A model generated the notes under the pieces. The model was given only the letters and a program-made list of their open reading frames with translations. It ran no database searches and was not told the DNA's origin. This document shows positions 36,550 through 50,253 of a stretch of DNA of 64,000 nucleotides, one piece after another. Source of the DNA: Octopus sinensis (Eukaryota); assembly GCF_006345805.1 (NCBI RefSeq), contig NC_043001.1, forward strand, positions 34,844,001-34,908,000. The letters are read 5' to 3'. Position 1 is the stretch's first letter. Every line of letters starts with the position of its first letter. A program made the position numbers and the translations under genes.

Positions 36550-39500
36550 AGTCTATCAGGCATTTTAGAAGGATATTAAAGAGCTGTGAGACCTTGATAC
36601 CCAAGCTGTTGCAGTATCTGGTCCTGCATTTTGATGGCGATGCTGGGATCTTTGGCACAACGCGGTGGAGCCCCGTTCTGGAGTTTGAGTAACTTTCAAA
36701 GCTAAAGTCTAGTACAGGGCCTTCTAGGATTTTCCAGATGTATACAACTGCATATCTCTCCTACCTTCTTTCCAGGGAGAAGAGTTTTAATTCTTTAAGT
36801 CTTTCCCGGTTGCTGACATGTTGCATGGAGACGATTTTCTTAATGTAGCTTCGTTGGATTGCTTCGGCTTCCGCCGTGAATTTTTTATCGTGTGGTAACC
36901 ATTGTTGGGAGCAATAGTCTAAGCGGTTGAGAACGTATTTCTTCCAAAGGATAATCAATGTCTCCTTTTCTCTTGTTTGGAAAGTTCAGAGGACCCAGCC
37001 AGCAAGCCATCTGCATTTTATTACCAAATTAGTAATATGCACTTGGAAAGATGCATCATTGCTCATGTCATTGTCCAGGTCACGCACTGATTTGAGGCAT
37101 TTCAGTTCCTCCTAGGCCAGTGTATCCTGTCTGTATGTTGTTTAGCTTCGTGTGCTGGTAGCGTAGGGCCTGAAATTTTCCTGCATTGAACTGCATGTTG
37201 TCATCCTCAGCCCACTTGTATATTGCGTCCAACTCCCGTTGCAGATGTGCAATATTTCCAGGATTGTGAACTATTTGAGAGACTTTTGTGTCATCTGCAT
37301 ACCTAGCAAGGGTGGCTAGCTGAGCAGCCGAGGGCATGTCTTAGAGGGCCACTATGAACAGCAGTGGCCCCAAAACAGTGCCCTGTGGGACACCACTTGC
37401 AATTTGCGTTTCCTTGGAGGTGGCTCCATTTGCCTCTACTGTCTGACGTCTATCCTTTAGAATGTTGTGCAGCCATTCTACAAGTTTTCTGCATATGCCG
37501 AGATCGCGCAGTTTGTGACATATCATACCATAGTGAATTTTATCAAAGGCTTTTGCAAAGTCGAGATATATTACATTCACACTTGAGTCATTTTCCACCT
37601 GGACGAAATCCATGCTGGGTGTCAGTCAGCAAGTCATTTTCTTCTAGGAACGTGATTAGTTACTCGCGGACTATTCGTTCTATGACTTTACTGATGTATG
37701 AGGTCAGAGATATAGACCTATAATTTTTAGCATCTGCTCTGCTTCCTTCCTTATGGATAGGACATATTATTTCTTCCTTCAATTTCTCTGGGAGCTTACC
37801 ACTTGCATTGAAGCTCAGTAAGAAAAACTGCTGTGGTTTTGTAAGAGCACGCTTCCTGATTTGAGTAGGAACGCCGGAAACCCATTCACGCCAGCCGCTG
37901 AGTTTGTGTCAACCTCATCTATGGCCAGAATTACATCTTCTTCAATGTTTATGTACTCAATTTTTCCAACTTCTTTGGTTTTAGGTAATGTGTCAAAGAA
38001 TTCCGCTGGTTTGTTCACTAGCCTGTATTACAGCGGTATAGTGAGTACACTTTGGAAATGTTCGTTCAGTATTTCACTTACCCTCTTGGGGTTTCCTTTT
38101 TGGAAGAGGGGTCCTACCTTGTGGCGTATCGAGGGTATTTATTGGCAAACATAAAGCAAGTTTTAGAGTTTGACTTGATATTTTCTATAACCCAAGCTTC
38201 TTTATTTGCTCTCTCCCTTTCATGAGACTGATGCAGACATTTCTCAGTTTCCAATAGCACTCTCTCCAGACGAGATTTATCGCCACTTTTGGGATGCTTG
38301 CTCAGGCGGTTCGTAATCTTTGTCCGTCGTCTCATAAGAATTTTTACTTCTCTGGGGATCCAGTTTTTGTGTATGTTGGCCTTGCACAATGGGACAGATT
38401 TGTCATGCAATGCTTGTATTATGGACATGAAATGTTTGTGTTTCATGTCAATGTCTGGTGTGGAGAGACATTTAGGCCAATCCTGCTTGAGGATCTCTTT
38501 CTCAATCAGCTTCCAATTAACTTTGTGAAAGTTTAGTTTGGAGAGATTTTGGGTGCTTCGTATAGGCTGCATATCTGCAGTAGCTTTTGGTCCATACATA
38601 GACAGTTCTATTATAATGTGATCCGAGATCAGCGTCGGTGTCACTTTAGCATTATGGATATTGGCTATATTGTTTGTGAAGCTGAGATCCGGTATATTAT
38701 TTGCCCTGGCTTGGTTGCAGCATGTTTTGTTCCATGGAAGAGGGATTTGTAAGTTGGAGCAGGCACTCTGCTTGTGTTTGCTGTTGGTGTGTCATTCCTG
38801 GGAGAATCTATCCTCCAGACCATTCCATTCTATGTTTGGGAAGTTAAAGTCACCCAAAAGGAATACATTAATGTGTTATTCCAGTTTGATGAGAACTCCT
38901 CCTATCTTTACTAGGCAGTCTTCAAATTTGCCTGTATGACTCGGAGTATCTGGTGGGCGATGTGTAGTACATATAACGATATTAAGTTGTCTTATGTGTA
39001 CAATTAGAGTGTCACACACTGAATTAGAATATGACAGCAGGACCTGGGGCGTGAGGTCCTCTCGGATGTACACAGCAACTTCACCATCGCTCCTCTCCTT
39101 TCTGTTTGAGCGTATGACAACATATTGTGGCATATGTATATCTGCATCCCCTATATCATGTCTAAGATGCATTTCTACAAGTGTCATGCATAAAGCTTGA
39201 TTGCATGACGCAAGGTCTCTCAGGAATGAGATTTTTGATGTACTGTTGCCATGTAACAGCCCTCCTGTATTCAAAAGAAATATCTTTGTAATGTGTGTGT
39301 TGGTGTTAGTGGTTGCCATCCTGTATCTGTTGGTGGTGGTGGTGGCGGGCGTAGTTCTAGGCTTGGGTTTGAAGCCAGGTCAGTTGCTTGACAATCTTTT
39401 GTGCCGTGCACATAAAAGTTTGCTGTTCAGCTGCCACACTTTTCACACCTGGGTGAATCTAGCCGTTTGCTGGGCCGCGCACTGCGTCTGCATATTGTCT

Positions 39501-40186
39501 TTCTGAAGTAGACAGCGTGCTATTTTTACTACTTTGGTGTCTTTCCTTTTGTCCTCCTCGGGGAAGGGAGTGTTGTCTGGGACCCATGTGGTTTTGGCAG
39601 GGCTTCCAGTATGCAAAGCGACAGTTTGCATCATCAGCACCGTACCAGCAGTGTATTTGCTGGTAGAATTTGCAAGAGTTCCTGCTTTTGCCCTTCCAAC
39701 TCCTGTAGCTTCTGTTGGGGAACCTCCATTTCGTATCAGCATATTCGGTTGTTTCTTCTGTTTCCTTTCTTTGACTCTTCGTTCTTGTTTGCTTTTGACA
39801 GCTTTTATTTTGTTGGGTTTGTCTTCATCTTTTCTTCTTTCGGCTCTCACACGTCATTGGTCTTCTGGCGTGATGGGGGCCGAACCAGTATCATTGTTTC
39901 ACTCATTTGCAGGCCCCTGAGACGTGGCTTTTGTTTTGTTCTTTCGAGGGACTGTTGGGCTCTGGAGGATCCTTTCATTCTTTTCTGTCATCCTTGGAGC
40001 AGTTTCCTCCCAGGATGAGGTCTAGTGTGTCTATATGCTGTCTAATTAGAGAATAAGAACGGAGTAATTCGTGTTTTTTCCGCTCTACCTGGGCTGTAGT
40101 TCTAGAAATAATTACTACTTTTAAGTGCCACTGCAATGATGTTGGGTGGGTCACCTTCAGAGATCTTCCATGCGTGCACAAATAGG
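36550..40186 (-). mobile_element. Second, more decayed CR1-group LINE of the same family group, 3'-truncated
   Basis: Minus-strand pieces: LFVHAW..ALKS..RTTAQVERK (ORF1), CKFYQQIHCWYGADDANCRFAY, EN (FLLNTGGL, THRPP), DFAKAFDK, GVPQGTVLGPLLF, YADD and CNSLGIKVSQLFNIL; many stops and indels. Confidence 0.92.
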
Positions 40187-40948
40187 GAGAGAGAAGTAAA
40201 GAGGATCTGGGAGGAATACGGAGAGAGAAAGGAAGGGACAGAGCGAAATAGAGGTGCGAGAGAGAGAGAGAGAGAGTGAGAGCGAAGTGGGGAGGGACAG
40301 AGAGAGGAAACTGTGAGACAAGGAGTTTTACCAGAAAGAACGTGAGAGAAGGAGAGTGACAAATCAGCAGAGGGGGAGAGAGAAAGGGAGAGGTAGGCAA
40401 GGGATAGACAAGGGGGAAGATGAGAGAGAGAGAGAGTGAGAGAGCGGGAGGTTGGGTTGCATTGTTAAAACGTGCAGATATTGTTTGTGTATCCAGACTG
40501 GGATAAACGTAAAATACTCCGTTTCTCTCAAATTTTCTGTAAGCATATGCATTCGACACGTATTAAGAGCTCCGGACCACGAACTTAATTTGATTCTATG
40601 AAGTAGATGCAATGCTTTATGTCAAGAAGCATTATAAATATGGAATAAGGCATGCTCTCTTAGTAATTAGTTCAATTCATTAAGCTTCAAATTGACAACT
40701 GATCAAGTTTGTTAGTGGAGTAATTTATGACCTGTGTGTGTTGAATAAGCCGCGTATATAGAAGATATATTTCATATTTACATGAAATCAATAAATAAAT
40801 CTAAGTGCTCTTGCTTTCATTGCTGGTGTTTAAATGTAAGTGAAATTTGATTAAAAACTATGATTAAAGCCATTCTAATTGTGACCATCACGCTTTTGTC
40901 TACATATATAGTGGAAAATATTATCCAATAAATATTATTTGCTCTGCT

Positions 40949-41326
40949 GTGGAGGCGCAATGGCCCAGTGGTTAGGGCAGCGGACCCGCGGTCGTAGGAT
41001 CGCGGTTTCGATTCCCAGACCGGGTTTTGTGAGTGTTTATTGAGCGAAAACACCTAAAGCTCCACAAGGATCCGGCAGGGATGGTGGTGATCCCTGCTGT
41101 ACTCTTTCACCACAACTTTCTCTCACTCTTACTTCTTGTTTCTGTTGTACCTGTATTTCAAAGGACCGGCCTTGTCACGCTGAATATCCCCGAGAACTAC
41201 GTTAAGGGTACACGTGTCTGTGGAGTGCTCAGCCACTTGCACGTTAATTTCACGAGCAGGCTGTTCCGTTTATCGGATCAACCGGAACCCTCGTCGTCGT
41301 AACCGACGGAGTGCTTCCATCCATCC
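40949..41326 (+). mobile_element. SINE family C, full length, tRNA-derived head, (CCAT)n tail, 12-bp TSD
   Basis: A-box-like TGGCCCAGTGG and B-box-like GTTTCGATTCC; ATTTGCTCTGCT flanks it at 40937-40948 and 41327-41338. Confidence 0.9.
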
Positions 41327-43950
41327 ATTTGCTCTGCTATGTTGCGATCTCTATCAGGTCCACTGATCACCTCTATCAGGTCCACTGCGGAATCTTCCCT
41401 TTGCTTGAATAAAATGAATCAACGTACATATGCTGTAGTTTAATAACCAATCAAATTAATGCGCATAATTCTTCAGATTTTCTCGACTGTAAATTGTTTC
41501 ATGTATTGTAAACATATGAACATGGACCTATGCTTAATTATCTTAAAATTTTAAGTTGAAGAAAACTGCTGCTATTGCAATATCTGCGATGTATTGAGTA
41601 AATACATCAAACTTTCCGCCCAATGTTTAATGGCATTTAAGCTGCTTTCTTACACCACAGCTAAACTTTAATGGAATAGATAAGAATGACACAATTCCTT
41701 GACGCTTTCTGTAACACCTGATGCGCTTTTAATTAACAATGATATAGTATGTGACTCTAAATAGCCCTGACATTTAAATTAACAGTAACATAGTATGTGG
41801 TTTGTCAAAGGCTTTAAAATATTACCTTCTATAAATATATCTAAGCTTATGAGTAATAATAACGCCTTCATTTCATACAACAATTTCAAATGTTACATTT
41901 ATTCAATAATGCGGACAAAATATGCAGACAAATATATCATACTAAAAACTGCGTAGATATCAACAAAATATGAAGTAAAATTTGAACATTGTATACGAAA
42001 TATTTAATAGAATATAAACTCGATAAATTGATACAGCTGGGAATATCTAAGCAAGTATCTATTATAAACCAACTTCAACTTCACCGAAATGGAAACATTG
42101 GGGAATACTATTGGTTAGAATAATTCACAACTTTCTAGATAATTTATGAAATACACAAATAGAATTTTGCAAATAGTTACATCATAATGCCGATAACCTC
42201 GGAAACTGAAGATGTTTCTGTTAGTCTAGAACATAAAATATCCATACAGTAATATGTAGTGTTCTTATTCCTAACCAAACTGGGCCTCGATTTCCTAAAA
42301 CCGCGCGATTCTCACAATTTCCAGAGATTTATCAGGCAAAAGTGATCTTAAAACGGCAATGAAACGTACAATATTTATCTCTTCTAATGTGCAAATCATT
42401 TCTTATTTTACTACTATATTTTCATAGCACATTACCATGATTCTCATTTTTTAATGGCAGTTTGGAAACTATATTGGCTTGGAAGGTCGAATAAGTCTTA
42501 TTTCAGCATGATTCCTAAAATCATCTTCAGCATTGCTTCGTGGGGTAGGAGGCAGGCATAGTTTTGCAGTTATGAGATCCTGCGTATACACTTGATAAAG
42601 TTTCTCTATATCAGTATTTCGTTTGGATCCAAACCTTACGACTGGTGTTGGGTTGATAGAATGTGACAGTAATTCAAAATGGACAACCTTTTCCACCATT
42701 ATATTATGTTATTCCGTTTGACGATTACTTGAAAAATACGTGTTGTGTAGAAAATTCAACTATTTACACATTTACACAATTGGAAACTCGTTCACTTGCT
42801 CTAACAACGGAATTATTCAGCATGAAAGCAGAGAGATGTTCTGTCTGCTTGATTTTAATTGCTTCAGGAAGGGTCACTCACCTATCTATCATTTTATTGA
42901 TTTTCTCTGAGTGTCAACTGACGACTGCGATCCCCTACAGGAACCCTACTTAAAATCGCAAATTTCTGGTATAATATTCAAAGCACCAAAACGTGAAGAA
43001 GATGATATTTTCTAAAAAAGATTGTTTGGAGTCTTGAGGCTACAATTAAATTAATGGCTTATTTAACTATCACAAACATATACATTGTGAACCTGAGAAT
43101 GCTCAATTTCTGGAGAGCATCTTTTTAATTTACTAGGAGTTACGACTTATCGTCCAAAGATTAGCTGGACCATTCCTTATTGACGATGATGCGACGGATC
43201 ACTATATCTTGAATTTACGGTGACTTTGATGGTGTGGAATTCAAACTAGAGCAATAATGTGCTATTTAGGTATGCCACATGCGTTCGAAAATCTTAGTGA
43301 ATAATTAATGAAGAATTTGCATATAATAAAAATCTAACCATCCGAAACTGGATTCACATTTCCAGGCTTCCCAAGAGTGGTGCGATTCATTGTGAGCCTA
43401 ATTTGATGAAAATCAATACCTAATAAGGCAATACAAGAGGACACGTGGATGTGGCCTGAATGTTTCCTAAAGGCACGAATGTACTAATGATGTTAAAACA
43501 GATACTTACTTATTCGGTATATTTACATATTAAGGCCTACCATCAAAAGTAATTTAAAACCATCTTACAGAAATGCAGAATTAAAATATATTAGGTGTTC
43601 ACCTATCTATTTGATAATAACTTGAAATAAGTCTCGAAACAGCAGAAAATCTCAAATCTGCAAGGCGGAATAACTCATAAATAGTATATAATTAATTTAA
43701 AACACTCAGTGATACTTTACAAATTAACTTTTCGTGTTATATTAGACGTAATAATTGCAAAATGTAATAATGTAACGTTTCCTTAGAACAAGAAACCATT
43801 CTTAGGTGAAAGATATGAAATGAAAACGAAAGTAAGTTGATCCAATTATTGTTGGATGCTGGAAGGTAAGTAAAGTAAATTCACGTTTCAATGGGTTTTC
43901 ATTATCTTTCAAGTTTTCATTTTGTACACACATACGCACACACAGACACA

Positions 43951-43991
<41 letters not shown>

Positions 43992-44327
43992 GCGCGCGCG
44001 CATGCACACCTAAACAAACACACACATACACTGATATACGCATATATCATTGTGTAACTGTATGTGTATACACAATACATGCATACATCATGGCTGCAAT
44101 TCGATTTCGTGCAATGCTATTTCGGCATTGTCTGTTAAAGCAACATGGATGAAGATTTTCGGTGCCACTAGAGACCTATATCCTATAGACCTATACACTT
44201 TTGCATGGATGTGGCATTGAAAAGTTACCCTTGCAGCAGATATTTAGACTGATACAACCCACACTGGTACATGCCCTTTTTCCATCATAAAATTTTCCAT
44301 TGTGTCTGTTACAACTGCGGCCTGCAA

Positions 44328-45092
44328 TAGTATCAGAAAGTTCATGGACTAGCTCTGTAGTGAGCCTACAGTTGGCAGCACAAGGTTGCATGCGTAATGA
44401 GCGATTGCAGTAACCTTCATGAGGCAATGTGCCAAGTGACATCGCTGTGCTTGTCACTTAATATGTGAAATTTGTGTTTTTTGCTATTGTCTGCGATTTT
44501 GTCATGGACAGAAACAAAGAGCCTACGTGAAATATTGCGTTTGGGGCGTCTGCCACAGCAACATTGAGCAGGCTTCGGAAAGCTTACGGCAACGTGGGAA
44601 TGGGTTGTATGCAATGATTCGAGTGGTATGGGCGCTCCCAAAGCGGTGGTATGTCTCTAGAAGACGATGCGTGATCTAGAAGACCTTTGGAAATGTAGTA
44701 ATGTGCATCGAGAAGTCATTGACGACGATCAGGCCGACAATCAAGAGTTCTACTGTTAAAATCAATGGTAACCTGTGCCTCACACTTTCTAATGTAAAAA
44801 ATAGGTCACGCGTATGTCCATTCCTAATCTCGAAAGAACATATGTATTTGTTCAGAACTAGTCTACATAACTGGATGTAAATGAAGTCACAGCTTTTACA
44901 TCAGAGTTTTCCTTTTCCTTGAGAGTTGTCAACCCAAAGACTAGAGATCGCTCCCGTCCGGTTGCTGTTCTGCACTTTGACAGGTTTTCCTTTTCGTTTT
45001 GCAGGGCACTCAACGAAAACTACCCTTCGTACCAATCAGGACTCTTGAAGTTGTCGGTTTAACTATCTATGTCCAGAACTTTCTACATGCTA
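44328..45092 (+). mobile_element. Internally deleted mariner remnant
   Basis: 44504-44690 translates QRAYVKYCV..SATATL..LRKAYG..FEWY.R..SG..SLEDDA.S.RP (mariner N-terminal HTH region); imperfect TIRs TAGTATCAGAAAGTTCATGGAC and GTCCAGAACTTTCTACATGCTA. Confidence 0.75.
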
Positions 45093-45549
45093 TTCATTTT
45101 TGTCACATGTAAAATAAGTTTCGAAATTTAACAGTTTTAATTTGATTAAAAATGCATTATTATATTTTACAAAATTTGAATTAACTTTACCACAATGCAT
45201 TTTATTTCTTGCTTCTTTTCAAAAAGTTGCCTGGCACTTGGTTTAGTCTGAGAATATTACATGCATTGAATTGCTCTTAAAATGAATAGATCTAAATAGA
45301 ACTATTTTTTTACATTCTGTCATTCTTCATTAGTAATTATCATTTCACAATTGTTCACAATTGCATATGTACTTTTGAAGGCAATTATATTAAATATTAC
45401 CAGTCAAATGAAAAATCTACCTCGATCACTTTCTCCTCACTCACTCTCTCTATCTCTCTCTCTCTCTCTCTTTCTCTCTGCCCATATATTTCTATGTGTG
45501 TATCTACATATACATCGATGCACACAGACTCAAACGCCCCACAACCATA

Positions 45550-45690
<141 letters not shown>

Positions 45691-46027
45691 TTGGGTGTAT
45701 ATATATATATATATCACATATACATATACGTGCATACATACAGACAGATGAGCAAAGGAACCAGAGGGGTATCCTATACGTGTCATGGCCGCTAAACATT
45801 TGCATAACCATTTTGTGACTTAGTTCTGCATTAACCCATATACGTACACACACACACACACGCGCGCGCGCTCACGCACACTTATGTGTGTGTATGAGCG
45901 TGTGTGTATATATATATTTAGAGAGAGAGAGAGAGAAAAAGAGAGAAAATCGGAGAGAAATCTGTGAAGCTGCTTAAAATGTCTCTTTTTCATCGCTTAA
46001 TGCGTGCGATAATATATACCCACTCTA

Positions 46028-46423
46028 AGCCGGCGAGGTGGCAGAGTCGTTAGCACGCCGGGCGAAATGATTAGTGGTATTTCGTCTGCCCCTACGTTCT
46101 GAGTTCAAATTCTGCCGAGGTCCACTTTGCCTTTCATCCTTTCAGGGTCGATTAAATAAGTACCAGTTACGCACTGGGGTCGATATAATCGACTTAATCC
46201 GTTTGTCTGTCCTTGTCTGTCTTCTCTGTGTTTAGCCCCTTGTGGGTAGCAAAGAAATATGTATTTCGTCTAGCATTACGTTCTGAGTTCAAATTCCGCC
46301 GAGGTCGACTTTGCCTTTCATTCTTTCTGGGTCGATAAAATAAGTACCATTTACGCACTGGAGTAGATGAAATTGACTATCCTCCTCTCCCAAATTATAG
46401 GCATTGTACCTATAGCAGAAAAG
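46028..46423 (+). mobile_element. SINE family B, two-module copy with a 17-bp TSD
   Basis: Head, module, linker, module, tail; flanks AATATATACCCACTCTA (46011-46027) and AATATATTCCCACTCTA (46424-46440). Confidence 0.92.
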
Positions 46424-47574
46424 AATATATTCCCACTCTAGACAAATTTAAAACAGAATGGGATAAAGGACTTTCTTTGTCTCATTTTCATTACATTGGC
46501 ACCTCATCGCATTTTCCGACGTTACTCGATGTCTTGATAATTATTTTATGATGTAGGTTATTTTTCTACAGTGTTAGCAAGTAAAATACAATACTTATAG
46601 TTTGCTGAAGTAGTCTTATTCATGACAATATCCATAGTTGTCTCCCTTCTTCACCAATGCATGATGTTATTTCACCTCTATTGCTTTTCTCTAATAACTC
46701 TAAACACACAGCTCCACGCTACAATGGCTAAATTTGGGATCTAAGACAGTGGAAATATTCAAATCTAGATTCTTATTGGCATGCTTATTTCCTACTTTCA
46801 TAAAATTGTCCAACAGCATGTGTAGTTATACTTGGATTTCTTTCCTTCTATTATTATAAGTGCAAGAAGAAATTGACCTTGAGAAATTGACATTTTCAGA
46901 TCTGTTCCGTATGGTTCTATCCATGACAAATTTTGTTCGCACAGATACACTTAAACCACATTTATACTAAAACGATGTGAAATATTACTCATGTGAATGG
47001 ATAATAGCAAACTGAAGCCTATTGCAAATTTCTTAACGTATAGATAAGCAGCATTTACTGAAAACGATTCTTAAGGAAAAATAAACATATTCCATACAAT
47101 CCTGTCTTCATAAACGATTATCTGTAATTTGGTATAATTATTTTCTCAATTCGATTTGCATGGAAACCACAAACAAGATTATCTCTAAATATCCGTTTCA
47201 GTTGCTCTGCTACTATAATTACATTTAAACAGATGACAAAATATTATGAATTGTTGATTTAACTAAAGGACTAATTACATGTCTTATAATAAACTAGTAA
47301 TGTACAATTAGCAAGTGTACATACAAGGAAACACATTTTTCTTCCTGTGGTAATATCCTGCTTCAAGGATCTTTTGATCACAGTTTCTGTAATAAAGACA
47401 GTTATAGAAATTCGATGAGACAAATTTCATTGCAACATTAAACATTAATCATGTTATAGAAAAGTACGATGCTAAATTTAACCTGAAGTTTGGTTGCAAA
47501 GAAAGTAGTTCTTAAAATCTGAAAATTCTATGATAGAGTTATTCTTGCATAGTACCAATAACATCGATAATATA

Positions 47575-47795
47575 TTTCTTTATTGCCTACAAGGGACTAA
47601 ACATAGAGGGGACATACAAGGACAGGCAAAGGGATTAAGTCAACTAAATCGACCCCAGTGCGTAACTGTTACTTTATTTATCGACCCCGAAAGGATGAGA
47701 GGCAAAGTCGACCTCGGCGGAATTTGAACTCAGAACGTAACGGCAGACAAAATACGGCTACGCATTTCGCCCGGCGTGCTAACGATTCTGCCGGA
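47575..47795 (-). mobile_element. SINE family B (head, module and linker)
   Basis: GACCCCGAAAGGATGAGAGGCAAAGTCGACCTCGGCGGAATTTGAACTCAGAACG..GCATTTCGCCCGGCGTGCTAACGATTCTGCC. Confidence 0.88.
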
Positions 47796-47993
47796 TATTT
47801 ACATAACTTGCCTTAATATGAGGCATCTGCTAATTTAAGAAGTCCTGTGAACTAAAGGATTTATGGAACATTGCTTGCAGCTTAAATACAATTTCTAGAA
47901 AGAATAACAAGGAAATATTTTCAACTGAGAATTTAAAAGAGTTTATAGGGTTTGTTCGTCAGAGGTAGTTTATTGGATAATGCAGATTAACTT

Positions 47994-49110
47994 TATGAGG
48001 TGCAGTCCGGAAGTTTCGCTTCTTGTTTTTAAGAGAGACAGCTTTAACTTCGTAGATCATTGTAAGTTTAGCAAAACACAACAAACAATACGTCTAATAA
48101 ACTGATCTCTTTTACTCTTTTACTTGTTTCAGTCATTTGACTGCGGCCATGCTGGAGCACCGCCTTTAGTCGAGCAAATCGCCCCCAGGACTTATTCTGT
48201 GTTAGCCTAGTACTTATTCTATCGGGATCTTTTGCCGAACCGCCAAGTTACGGGGAGGTAAACACACCAGCATCAGTTGACATGCGATGTTGGGGAAACA
48301 AGCACAGACACACAAACAAACACACACATATATATACATATACATATATACGACGGTTTTCTTTCAGTTTCCGTCTACTAAATTCACTCACAAGGCTTTG
48401 GTGGTGCAGTACCATGCAGTGGGAATGAACCCGGAACCATGTTGTTGGTAAACAAGCCACTTACCACACAACCACTCCTGTTCCTAACACTTGATCTGCT
48501 AACAGTTGTTATTCTAGATTAAAGGAGACAGCTGTAACAGCGTTTTGAATACACCTTACTAAAAATCCTGCTTGTCACATCTCGCTAGTTTGCTGAAAGC
48601 AGTGAGAACGTTTGGCAGCTCAATTTGCAAATAACGTTTTATATTAAACAGGGCAAAAGCACTACGAAACCTATCACAAGAGTAGAGCAGAGCGAAGGCG
48701 ATAGACGATGAGGAGATAGGAATGTCAGAAAATCAGACCTTGATGAGAAGATTTGCAATTTTCTAGATTAAGACTGTCGTGTGTTTATATTCAAAATAAG
48801 AATAAAGTTTTGAATTGGTGTGGCATTTGTACGCACAATTATTCGTAAAGACCTGAACATGCGCATGATTTGTGAAAAGTTTGTTCCCAATGCTCGAGTG
48901 CTCGGGTGCCTTCTTTTTGGAGGACCTTCTTCCCAGTGCTCGGGTGCCTTCTTTTTGGAGGACTTCCATGGGGGCCTTTACGAATTGACTGGAGCGAAAC
49001 AAGTGCATTGAAATCAGATCTTACTTGGAAGGAAATTAGAGTTTTGTATTTCTTTGATATAAACGTCTCCCCTGAAAATGTTTGAAAACTTCTAGAACGC
49101 ACCTTCTGTA
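47994..49110 (+). mobile_element. Internally deleted mariner remnant interrupted by SINE A
   Basis: 48820-48890 gives VRTIIRKDLNMRMICEKFVP (mariner ..K(F/W)VP motif); a C-terminal KCIE..Y.EG-like remnant near 49000; TIRs TATGAGGTGCAGTCCGGAAGTTTC and GAAAACTTCTAGAACGCACCTTCTGTA. Confidence 0.75.
48105..48480 (-). mobile_element. SINE family A lacking the CORE-like segment, nested in the mariner
   Basis: The A-family head and tail are intact; the segment between GGCTTTGGT and GTACCATGCAGTGGG is deleted relative to other copies. Confidence 0.88.
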
Positions 49111-49176
49111 TAATCTTCCTCACCCGTCCCACAAAAAAAAAATCCGTAGTATCAGGGCTGAAGTACCTTCGAACAT

Positions 49177-50253
49177 AAGTTAACTCTTTCAAAGTAAACC
49201 TTATCATAAATAACATTTAGGTTACTATTCAGGGCATTTTAATAAATCTTGAAACAACAAGTCCGAAGGGAAACTACCAACTGATATATTTGTTGGGATT
49301 TGAAACCGTTTCTTTAATTCCGAATACTAATTAGATTTGATGTCAACAAAACTTAGATATCACAGCTTATTAGACATTATCTGCGAATCTCAATCTTGAT
49401 TCTAACCAATTAAATCGTACACAAGACATGTGTTTATCAGAATAAAGAACTGTTGGAACAAACTTTAAACTTTTCCGGAACAAGGAATATTTCTTTCCAA
49501 TTTGAATTGCACCACACATCGTGTCAGTTTCATTAACGTTTTCTTTTTATTCAGAGTTAAATATCTAAGAAGACTGGGGTGATTCAGCTGTCTAGATCTA
49601 TTCACTAATTCTGGACAGTTAAATAAGCTACAGTTATGTAGATTACAAATAAGATTACACATCCATAAAGAGGAGACATAAGACCAGAACATGTTCACAT
49701 ACGCATAGTTATCAACAATAGTACCAAAAGACAAACTTACTCCCTGCAGTATTTTATTTTCAATTACAAATTATTTTATTTCAAATAATGTTTCCTTTGA
49801 AGTTCTTCACCTGAATTAATCTTTAAGCGAATAATTTTTGTCCTCACAATGAGTGTTTTTTATCGCTTCATTCGGAGGAAGGGCCATGAAACGTTAATGA
49901 AACTGACACGATGTGTGGTGCAATTCAAATTGGAAAGAAATATACCTTGTTCCGCAAAAGTTTAAAGTTTGTTTCAACAGTTCTTTACTCTGAGAGACAC
50001 ATGTCTTGTGTACGATTTAATTGGTTAGAATCAAGATTGAGATTCACATATAAGGTCTAATAAGCTGTGACATATAAGTTTTGTAGACATCAAATCTAAT
50101 TATTATTCGGAATTAAAGAAACGGTTTCAAATCCCAACAAATATATCAGTTGATAGTTTCCATTCGAACTTGTTGTTTCAAGATTTGTTAAAATGCCCTG
50201 AATAGTAACCTAAATGTTATTTATGATAAGGTTTACTTTGAAAGATTTAACTT
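49177..50253. mobile_element. Long-TIR foldback element: about 365-bp inverted arms and a 347-bp spacer
   Basis: 49177-49541 is the reverse complement of 49889-50253 with scattered substitutions and small indels. Confidence 0.88.

Noticed and set aside
40480-40540. Plus-strand ILFVYPDWDKRKILRFSQIF with AG/GT borders, vaguely like a TAF1 segment
   Set aside because: The 20-aa resemblance is from memory only and there are no supporting neighbouring exons.
40949-41020. tRNA gene
   Set aside because: The tRNA-like A/B boxes continue into a SINE body with a tail and TSD and are repeated at 16335-16525; no full cloverleaf is present.
41700-42400. Possible very old CR1/L2 RT remnant (GNIG..LL..IHNFLDN near 42090)
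   Set aside because: Only one short motif is recognisable, which is insufficient to call boundaries or identity.
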